A DNA stretch of 64,000 nucleotides from Podarcis tiliguerta (lineage: Eukaryota), in the NCBI GenBank assembly GCA_965153285.1, contig OZ229121.1; one strand, given 5' to 3'. Positions 51,169 through 61,279 of the stretch are shown here, piece by piece. The first letter of the stretch is position 1. The number at the start of each line of letters is the position of its first letter. The notes under the pieces are model-generated. The model was not told the origin of the DNA. It did no database searches and worked only from the letters and a program-made list of their open reading frames with translations. The translations under genes and the position numbers were made by a program.

Positions 51169-53693
51169 CTTTGAATTGTAGTTCTCTATGCTTGCCTCCT
51201 TTTAAAAAAACGATAACCCTTTTTTCTACCATATGTGCTGAATATTAGTTGAGCTAAAAAGTAACTCATCTAGGGAGAAAAACTGTTTTAAGGGTTGGCA
51301 TTGTTGAATTAGTGTTTTGCATTGTTGTAGTCATAAAAATATCACTTTAAAAGTACTGAAATAAAAATGATTTGAGAACAAGGAGAAGCAGTCCTGAAGG
51401 AGATAAGCAAAGCCTTCACTCTTGTAACAGTGTAACACTCAGCACCACAAGTACCCACTCAAGGCAATGGATGCAAAGAATGCTGATGAGCCACAATCAT
51501 CACTATTATGCAAATATCTTTTTGTAATTTTTACTATTTCTGTGATGTTACCAGAGACATCAGGGGTAGAAGCCATCATTAGTCAAGCTCATTTTACTTA
51601 AGTAAGTAATGTTGAATGTCAGCCACTGATTTCATTTCACTTGGTAAATAGTGTGTAGTTTATCGAATAATAATAAAAAATAAACCAAAGTTTAAGAGAA
51701 AGTTTATGAAATGACTGCTCAGCTTGTTTAAATCAGTATCTGGTTTCAATGGATCTGCGCAGGCTATTTTGACGCCATTCATTTAATCACATCCTTGCCC
51801 ATGCGGAAAGACTGGGCTCCCCCCCACCTCCAGAGCAATGAAATTCATATAAACAACTTCCCAGTCATGAGGGACAAGGGATTAAGAATTATGGCTAACA
51901 CAACTTGATACCTCAATAGTTGTTTTTAAAGGGAATAGAGCAGACTTTTCCAGATTTTTTAAAAACAATATTGTACAGAATTACTAACCTTACTATAATA
52001 TTAAATGATTTTATTGCCTATTGTATAAAAAAGACATTGAATAAATAAGGCAGTCTTCCAAGAATGGTTATGCTGTTTGTGTCTCAGCTGACGGTAACGC
52101 TGACTGCATCTGCATGCATTTCACTGAAAAGAATTCAACAGAACTTTTATTAGATGAAAACAACTTGCATTTGTACATTTTCTCCCAGCCCATCACAATG
52201 TGGCACTGGGATGGGTAACTCTAAGGCTGACACACGGAAATACCAGTGGCATGTAAACAGATGCCCAATGCTGCTCTGAGTGCCATTGATTTCAACAAAT
52301 TTCTAGATCCTATTTTGGAGGTCCAGTTGCTAGTGTCAGAATCATCAGGGGGCTCTTAACCAAACATTGACTGTAGATGTTGGCGTTACAGCTGGTTTTC
52401 CTTCTACCAATTCCTGAATATATTTGAAAAATAAGATGTAGCACCCACCCTCAGCCTTTTCCGTACCTTAAAAACTTTCATACATTATTTGAATAGTGAC
52501 TATGCATCCACAAGACTTGTATATGGCATGGAAAAGAAGACGAACCTATATAAGACCATGAAATCCAACACACATTGTTTAGAAGTCTAAATAACTATTG
52601 CCTTTAACTGCTTTTTAAGGATGCACAAAAAGGAGACTTGTTTAAGAATTAAAAGATTTGTGTGTGTGTGTTATATTTCCTAAAGTATCTTTTATCACAC
52701 TGTGTTGAAGACCCCACCCAAGTGCCATTAAATTAATAAAAAGCAGCTTTTAGAACAGGTATTGCCCCCACTGCAGAGCATCTACGGTAAGTATGCATCC
52801 AAGGGTGCAGCTAAGAGCTGGGATTAACAAGGGTAGGAAATCAATGATATTGACAATAAAAACACATAGCTTCTCTGCTGAAATTCTGCTTGACAGTGTT
52901 GAGTCTAATTATATAATCAGACCAACAGGACATATTTTGCCTTTGGTTGTGCCTTAAAAACCCCATTAAAATCAATGATGACACAGAAGCGCATTATGAT
53001 GGTGAAGTCAGGAAGGTTTCAGCAGAGTCTGAACTGGGGAAACTCTACTGGAAGCTCCTGGGTGGTGAGCAGTGCTCCTCTTATTTGACTCAATTAAACA
53101 CCATTTATAGTTAGGATATAGTTTGGAACCAATTGTACTTTGTGGGGAGTGCAGATTATGGTATAATATTAGTATCAATGTTTTTAAAGGGAGGAGCAAA
53201 AACAAAGTAAAAGACACCACACATCCAAACCCCCAAGCTCAGTGAGCAAGGCTGCGTTGCAAATTTTATAAGTGGTGTTGTTCATATTTATTTGTTGCAT
53301 TTTTACACTAAGTTGTCTCAAAACGACTTGCACATTGTTGGATGTTTCGCATGCCCCATTAAAATCACACTGTCACCACCAACCAGCCTTTTAAAAGGCT
53401 TTTCTGGCATGATACCCCCACAAGCCCTGATCTGGTGCCAGTAGCACAATATCTCATTCCCATGTAATGGCTGATGGTAGTCTTGCTGCAGGGGACAGAC
53501 ACTGTGTTCCCTGCAACTTGTAATAAACAGAACTACATATGTGCTGCTTTTTAAATTGTGGGAAGAACACAGCCTGCAAGGAATTGTTTAGATATTAAAT
53601 ACAAATAAAGGGTCTTGAAATAGTTGGACAGAGCAGTGGATAGCTTGGAGATTTTCTAAGCTATTGCTGGATGAGTTTAAGCTGAGATGTAGT

Positions 53694-53797
53694 GATTGGC
53701 CCAAGGCTATTCAGTAAGCTCTATGGTTGAGTGGAAATTTGAAGCCGAGTCTCCAAGGTCCTAGTTTGAAACTCTAACCACTACCCCACATTGGCTC
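53694..53797 (-). mobile_element. tRNA-derived SINE head (Squam3/MIR-like)
   Basis: The minus strand reads GAGCCAATGTGGGGTAGTGGTTAGAGT...GGCTTCAAATTTCCACTCAACCATAGAGCTTACTGAATAGCCTTGGGCCAATC, a degenerate A box and B box plus a CORE-like segment. Confidence 0.7.
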
Positions 53798-55259
53798 ATA
53801 CACATGGGCAAAATGGAAACCAATGTTTTGGAGCTCATTATTTTACTGGATTGTAAGCACAAAAGGGAGATGATGATAAAATTAATTTGCTTAAGTGCTT
53901 GAGATACAGTGATCTAAAACCCTGATGACAAAAACTGATTGCAGAGTTTTATCTCCCACATATTGAAAAGTTACCTGTTCATTTTAAAAGATCATAAGAT
54001 TAAACAAAGGAAAAGAGAAAGAAATCAGTTTGTTTGCCTTCAAAATAAGCTAGAGCCTTTGGCTACTCTGCCATCCCTCTTTATGACTTCTGCTACTCAT
54101 CATTTTGGCCTGGTTAAAAACTTCCTTGAAATATACTATGGCAGAGTTGAGTCTACACATTTTGTTGCCAGAAATGGACAATGATGTCCTCTCTGTTCTG
54201 TATACAAAGCGGACCTGTTTGGCAAATTAATCTTACTTCAACCCCTAGAAATGGGACAGAATTTTCCACCACACCCAAGACTTAGTTCAGGGAGGCTCAC
54301 ACACCAGAATCTACTCTCCATCCCTCAGCATCTGCCATCTGAAGTGGCCGCCTTATTTTAATGGTAGAGCCAGCCCTGTACTGTAGACAGAACGAAGCTT
54401 AAAATGTCTACCTTCTCTTCTATACAGTTCTCAAGCATATTTCAAATGCTTTATGAAAACATCCTAAAAGTTTAGAACTGCCAACTGGTTCTGAGAAGTT
54501 GCAATCAAATATGAGTGTTTTTCACAGATCAGTAGAAACTGGACTACACTCTAGGGCAGGCTGGGTGCCTCTGTTCAAGCCAAGCAAGAAGAGGCAGCTC
54601 CAGCCCTCTTGGTCTTGAAGGAACCAAGATTCTGCATGGGTCAGTAGGTGGCATGTGAGCCCCGAGGAAAGGCTGCTGCTCTCAAGAGCACCGCACAGTC
54701 CTTCTCCGGCAGAGCTGAGCTGAATTCTTGAGAGTGCATTTAAAGATGATGTAACAGACACATATGAATTGCAAAATAGACCCTTGGGGGATTATAGACG
54801 CAAAATGTTACATGATAGTGTGTTTATGTATGAGTTTGACTATAGAAGCATAGCTAGCATTGCATATGTATAGATGTATACGCTATACCGGGCTCCTCCA
54901 TTTATGCTTTTGCACAGGGAAAAGACCTGTCATCCTGAGGGGGAAGTAAATGAGAAGCATACAGCCAGGCAATTGAACCTCTACCTGCTATCACTCAGCA
55001 GCTCCCCTGAAACAGCATGGCTGCTGTTAGTATTTCTTCCCTATCTGCCCTTAGACAGATAGGAATAAAAAGTGGGAATAAAAAGTGTGCAGTGCAACAA
55101 CAGATCACAAAATAGGAGTGTAATAGAACAAAAGGTGATGGGAACAATGGCCTAATAGAGTTGGGGATATACTATCCTAGAGCAATGCTAGGTGTCTGAG
55201 GGTGAAGATCTAGAAACAGTTCCAGTGTAAATATATATGACTTTTGAGGCAATCTACTT

Positions 55260-55436
55260 CAGGGATGGTTCCCAATTGGTTCCCAATTAGTTAAGTACTG
55301 CAGACACCCTGTTTTTCAAAAGCTAAGCCATGGACCCATTTTTTGAAAAAAATGATCTCTACGGTAGCTTTTGTTGTGAATTGTGCCTGGGACCCCCGGG
55401 GGGGGCACGGACGGACCACCAATTGGGAGCCATTGC
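55260..55436. mobile_element. hAT/Charlie-like MITE
   Basis: Inverted ends ATGGTTCCCAATTGG / CCAATTGGGAGCCAT and internal GGACCC motifs. Confidence 0.55.
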
Positions 55437-55486
55437 TGTAGAGCAAATAGCAGCTAGAAAGCAAATAAATGAAATAAATAGTCATG

Positions 55487-55930
55487 TACATGTGCATTGG
55501 TAACCTCAAGGCTTGATTACAATAACATTATTTATGTGGGGCTGCCCTTGTATCTGGTGAGGAAGCTGCAGTGCAGAATGCAGCAGCCAGACTGCTCATA
55601 GGAGGGAGGGAGAGAGAGCGCGCGCTGCACTGATTGCCAATTTGCTACCAGGCCAGGTTCAAGGTATTTGGGACAATTCACAAAGCCCTAACCACTTGAG
55701 CCTAAAGTACCTTAAGGACCCTCTTGTTTCCTATTGCCCCACCTCAAACACTGAGATCCGATGGGACACTTCTGGTGGTTCTCCACACCCCTGAGGTTCA
55801 GCTGGCCTTCACTAAGGACTGAGCCTTTAGCGTGGCAAGCCCTGCCCTACCAGTAGAGGTTCAGCAGGCACAATCAGTCTCTTCTAACAGATGTCTTTTG
55901 AAAACTATATTGTTTAGGCAGGCCTTTGCA
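55487..55930 (+). mobile_element. L2-clade LINE 3' fragment
   Basis: Translates as ALVTSRLDYNNIIYVGLPLYLVRKLQ..QNAAARLL...LH*LPICYQARFKV, the RT C-terminal signature of L2 elements. Confidence 0.85.
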
Positions 55931-56299
55931 ATACGAATTTTCTCTTTTTAACCAATCAGTATTTACTAATTTTTATGGATGCCTTTTGCCGATTTCACTA
56001 TTATATGTGGATATACAGTATTTTTATGAAAATATGGATTATAAACAAGTAAATAAGTATTTTTTTTAAAGAAACAAACAGGAACTTGAGTGAAAATGGA
56101 AACATAACAAGCATGAGCATAAGCATTGGAGGCAATATTTTAAGCTGGTTTATGAACATTTAAATAATAAATTGCAGCACACCTGAGTGCCGCCACCATC
56201 AGGTGCAGAGTATTGGAGATGGAGGCAGAAAACCCCACACGTGCCTCTTTCCCTTAAAGCTGCAGCCACAATTTGTTGCCCTTTCGTGACACCCAGCAC

Positions 56300-57600
56300 A
56301 GGCTGCCAGAGGAAGAGGCTCCCCAGCGGGCTTGCTTGGCGCTTAGGCCGCCGGCTGAGGCGGGAAGAAAGGGGGTTGCGTTGGCGCCATTTTCCTCCCC
56401 CTTCGCTGGCCTTAATGAGGCCAATTATTACTTCAAGTGAGGGAGCTATTGGGGGCAGGGAGACCTGGAACTAGTACAGTTTCTAGCTGTGGGGCAGCCT
56501 TGGCTAGGGAGGGAGCAGGGAAGGAGCCAGGTAGCCTCTTCGTCCACACTCGCGCCCAGGGCGAGGAGGGGCCGCAGTTCCCACCTCAAGTCGAAGCGAA
56601 GAGGAGGAGGAGAAGACGGGGTCACCCTTAAGTCAGTAAGGGAAGCAGGCCTGTCCCTGGTCGGTCGCCGTCGCCTCCTTCCCTCTTCCTGGCCCGCTCT
56701 TTTTACGTTTGCGGGCGGGGCGGGGCATGGAAGTTGCCTTTTGTCTGGCCGGGGTCAGACGGAGCTGTTTTGTTCGATAAAGCTTTAACGCTTCGTGAAC
56801 ACGCAGAAAAGGCCGAGGCCAGCTCCACTCTGGCCATCGCCATTGTTGGGCGGCTTTTAAAACGCGGCAACCCTCCCCACACAGCCCGCTCCCAAAGAAA
56901 AACCACCACCCAACCACCGGCTGGTTCGATCCTTGCGAAACCTCCAAGTTCATACCTCGCCCAGCTTACTGTTAAGTTAACCAAGAAATGCCAGGCGAGA
57001 GCAAAAGCACACCATAGGAGCCAACTCCTAGGGGTCGAGATCCGTTCGCCGCCCTCCCTCCCCCGCCCCAATAAAAGATTTGAGGGCTCCCCCCCCCAAA
57101 ATTGATGGGCATTGCCATTCAAAGGGTGTGTGTGCACTGCGTCATGTGATCGATTATGCGGGACGAGGCTTACCTGCCCCCCCTCCCCGCAATATTTTAT
57201 TCAACTTGGCACCCCTGGACAGGTGGAAGTGGAGACGTGCAGGGTGTGTGTGTGTTAGGGGTGTGTGGAGAGAGGAAAGCAGTGCCCTCTTCCTGGGGAA
57301 AAGACAGAAGGTGGCCCATTTCAGCAGCACTGTGGGCTTCATTGTCTGCAAAAATGCGCCTGGCTCGTAATGCTCCAGTTGGCAAGGAAGCCGGGCGGGG
57401 GCGGCGGGAGGAGAGATGCATCTCCTGCAAGACGCTCTTCCGAATGGTTTATTTAAACAACCCAGAAGGAGAGGAGTACGGGTGGGAAAGCGGGGTTTCC
57501 TCCAGCCAGGCTCCTTATGAGCTGGTGTGAAGGATATTTCCCTGTTTGGCTTCTGCAACGGGCGACCGCCAAACCAAATAAGTCAAGGGGGGGAAGAGGA
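56300..57600. promoter_or_regulatory. Orphan CpG island with promoter-like motifs
   Basis: High GC/CpG content, a YY1-type CGCCATTTT at 56385-56393, and tandem GC boxes followed by GGAAGT at ~56711-56735. No credible CDS is nearby. Confidence 0.6.
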
Positions 57601-58245
57601 GGCAGGGAATTGAATGTGGTCTGCGTACGTGTGTGTTTTTGTCTGCAGCGAAGTTTCCCTTGAGTGGTTTCATTTGGATTCTGTCTAGCCTCGCAGGCTC
57701 CATAATTCTTAAGACCTCCAAGCCTGCACCACCACTGCCCCAAGGAAGAAACCCTTCCCCAGCTTTCTTGAGCTATGCCGACTGAAAAGGGAGAGAGGGA
57801 GAGAGAGGGAAGGAAGGAGAGAAAGCTTAAAGCAATATGTGTATCCTGTAAAACGTCCATTCAGAAGTATGTCATTAGAATGCACGGAGATCATAGGTTA
57901 AATATTTCGACAAGGTAAGTAGGATAAATGGCCAGGGATATGATCTGGTATATTTGAATATCATTCTTATTTAATGTGTTATATAGCTGCAGACAGGAGA
58001 GTGCCTAGCGTTGCTTCCGTCTGAACATGCTTGTGGGTGCCTAGGACAGCGTTTCTCTGTGCCCAAGGAAAATATTTTTATTTCATTTTTATTTATTTTG
58101 GCGGGGGGGGGGGATAGGGAGCGAGAGCGGAAAATCCTTTGCAAATAGAAAAGAAGACCTTTGCAACCAGAGCATGTTTTTAAAAACGCTGTCTGCAGAG
58201 AGAAGCCCAGGGGATTGGCTCGTTGGGCCTTTGTTGATGCCTCTT

Positions 58246-58260
58246 TGCCCCCTGGCGGCC
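58246..58260 (-). promoter_or_regulatory. Candidate CTCF site
   Basis: The minus strand reads GGCCGCCAGGGGGCA, a close match to the CTCF core consensus CCRSYAGRKGGCR. Confidence 0.55.
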
Positions 58261-58675
58261 GTTCGCTGTTAGGGCAAGAGGAGGCCTTCAGTTAAGAATT
58301 CCAGAAACCCTGCAAAGTGGGATCCGCGCCGCACTTGTCGTCATTGTTTTGGCTGCTTGCAGTTTAACTCCCAGCTGGAAATTTAGAAGGCAGACCGATG
58401 AAATCTAATGGTCGCGGGCGGGCGAGATAGGTGGAAGGCGTAGATCTCCTTGAATATCCTACCTCTCTCTCTCAGATGAAAAAGCGGATGCTTTCCTTCA
58501 GAACTTCGTGTCTTTAAACAATTTCCCCCCTGTAATAATAATCTTTGTTTCTGTTTGAATTTACGTAAATAAAACGGTATGTGGGACTAAACAATATTTC
58601 GAACGTTTCACGCCGCATAATTCTGGAAAAAGAAAGAAATGTCTAACTTAAACTGCATCCAAATAAAGTGACGTT

Positions 58676-58844
58676 GGCTGCAGTCACCTGGAAGTAAAGT
58701 CCCACTGAATTCAATGGGGCTTACTTCTGAGTAGGCCTGTATAGGATAGCGCGGCGAAGCTGCAATTCTACTCACACTTTCTAGGAAGTAAGTCACGAGG
58801 AATTTAGTGAGACTTCCTTCTGAGTAGACATCCTTAGGGCAGCC
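58676..58844. repeat. Two tandem palindromic mini-element copies
   Basis: 58676-58752 (GGAAGTAAAGTCCCACTGAATTCAATGGGGCTTACTTCTGAGTAGG...ATAGGAT) and 58759-58844 (GCTGCAATTCTA...GGAAGTAAGTCAC...GTGAGACTTCCTTCTGAGTAGAC...GCAGCC). Confidence 0.8.
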
Positions 58845-59258
58845 CCACCTTTGCTTCCGATTAAGTTTATCTGTAAGAAATGGGACTTCCGATGACACTT
58901 GTGCATTTTGGGCCTCGACTGTAAGCGGGTTTGATTGGAAGTTGTTTCTTCATTTTATGCAAGAAATTTCGATGCTGCCTGCCGACATAAACAACCCCAG
59001 GGCGGTTTACACATACCCGTTGCAACCACTGCGTCTTACTTCCAAGTAATGGTTTAGAATGCGGCGAAAAAAATGGAAAATTTATGTTTGCAGGAGGGTA
59101 AATGTATTTGAAAGTACAAAAGTGGCCCTGACAAAGACACGTTTGCTTGCTGTTTCAGAAAGGTTTTATACTGGTGTTTTTATTTTCCATAGCGAACATT
59201 GTGATGATATATGGGATAATAAATGTGCGAATCAAACCAAGTGGCCTTTAATATATGC

Positions 59259-59363
59259 TGGGTGTCATTCAACAGAGTCAACCCCAGAGAAGACCCATTG
59301 AAATCTATGTGTCAATTTAAATCAGTGGGTCTACTCTGAGAATGGGTTTGTCGGATACCACCC
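59259..59363. mobile_element. Palindromic MITE-like element, same family as 45602-45718
   Basis: Arms CAGAGAAGACCCATTGAAAT / AATCAGTGGGTCTACTCTG with termini GGGTGTCATTC / GGATACCACCC. Confidence 0.6.
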
Positions 59364-59499
59364 AGTGAGTTCAATTTTCAGCTGCGACCCCAATAATCCA
59401 CATAGTCAACATGATTCCAGCCCAGTCCTATTAACACGCTTACTCGGAAGTAAGGCCTGCTTAATTCCTCCAGACTTGCCTTGAGGAAACGAGTAGGAT

Positions 59500-60800
59500 A
59501 CAAACCAATTTACGTGGGGTGCAAACGGCACAGGCGGACCACGGGCCCAGCCCCACCGCCTGGGAATGATTCTCCCTAGCCAGCTCAGGGGAGGCCAACT
59601 CAGGTCAAAGTTATCATCCGCAAATGGAGAGTGGAGCGAGCTGATGCAAATTCGCATCCGGTTTAAAGAGCTTCAAGGAGTCCGGGGAAAGAAGAGAGAT
59701 ATATAGGTGTCCCCTTGCCATCCTGAACCCACTTCCCCGCGGAACTTGCAGCCAACTTGCTGCGGCGTGGAGAGCAAGGAGATCAGACTGTGCCGGGGCT
59801 TCCTAGGCTCGGAGATCTAACGGAGGCACTTTATGTAGATCACTCGGCGTGACTCTCCGTCTCCCCCTCCCCTTTATTAACTCTTGCTGCCATGGGCTTG
59901 CGCCATTTCGGAGTGCCTCCCTTAGCACACCGACCGACCTGTGTACCTGCTCACGTACCTACCTTCTTGGGGCCTGTAGCAAAGGAGAGCGATGCAGTTC
60001 TCCTTCGTTGCGCCGGACAACACCCTCGAGCAACTCGGGCTAGGTGGCTCCCCCCTCCGGCCGCTTTCCTTGCTGGAGACCCTTGACTGCTGGGGGCAAC
60101 ATTTGGCAAAAGTCAGAGCTGCGCGCAAGCTCTCAGATAGCGCAAGCCAGCCGCCGCCCCATTCATCTTTCCCCACCGACCCCAAAGGATGGCCCCCAAC
60201 CCCCTCCCCACCTGCCGCAGGTGCGCGCATCTCCCCCGTCCTCCCTGAGCAGCGCCGTCATCCTCGCCCGGCTTCCTGGCTCCAAGTTCAATACTATGGG
60301 TGACATTTTAATTTTCTCTCTCCTGCCAAGCCGGGGAGCTTTGCGCGTCGCGGGGACAAAGCTGGCCAGGGTCACGGCGCCGCGGCCTGCTCTGTCAGCC
60401 CGTTCCGAGGCTTCGGATTGACGGACGTCTTTATCTGACACCGCCCCCCCCCCAGCAGCTCCAGCTCCTCTCCCCGCCAGGCCCTACCTGAAGAGCCAGG
60501 CCGAGGATGACACGGGGGTCGATCGGACGAGCCCCGGATTTGGGGGCAGTTGGAGACGACGTGAGATGGATCAATTCTTCTCTATCTATGAACCCACCAG
60601 TCCACATTCTCTCCTCTCCTGCAGACAGCTGGCTTCCTCATTTCCATCCCTCATTGGCCTCCACTGCCCTCCCGGGCCACAAATTTAGGCGCATTTCCTG
60701 ACCACGTTGCCGCCTGCACTCGCGGATCTGGTTAGGTGGAGAAGGCTTAAGTGTGGGCGAGGCCACTCTGGGCCACAGGTGATCCCAGTCCAGTATTTCA
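59500..60800. promoter_or_regulatory. Orphan CpG island
   Basis: GC- and CpG-rich block with no recognisable coding sequence. Confidence 0.6.
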
Positions 60801-61166
60801 GAATGCCACGGCCCTCCCCCCCTCCAAGCATTTCCCCCTTCACTTCGAATTCCCCTCGCCAATACTTCCCAACTTCTGTATAGTTCCAATAATTGATTTT
60901 TTATTCAAGACAGTCTGCAACTTTGTACCAACTTACCTGGGAGTAAGCAATTGAACTCCCATAGAGTCCCATAGACTTGCTTCTGAGCATACATATTTTG
61001 ATTTATCCCTCTGTTTTATTATCAGTGCGGCAATGACACACAGAGGCACCCTAGATAGGTTTACTCGGAAGTAACCCCCGTGCTCAGCAGCAGTCTTGAT
61101 TTTGGAAGAAGAGGAGGGACTATCAGCCAATCATAGGGAAGTAATATGGTACAACATGCTGGGGGG

Positions 61167-61279
61167 CATGGGCATGGTCAAGGGGGGCAGAGAGGGGCAG
61201 CTGCCCCAGTGTAAATCAATACAAAATACTTAATTAACTGAGGATCTGCCCCCCAACATAAATCCTGGCTACGCTCATG
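61167..61279. mobile_element. Short non-autonomous DNA transposon with an apparent 8-bp TSD
   Basis: Ends CATGGGCATGGTCAAG / CCTGGCTACGCTCATG, flanked by CTGGGGGG and TTGGGGGG. Confidence 0.6.
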
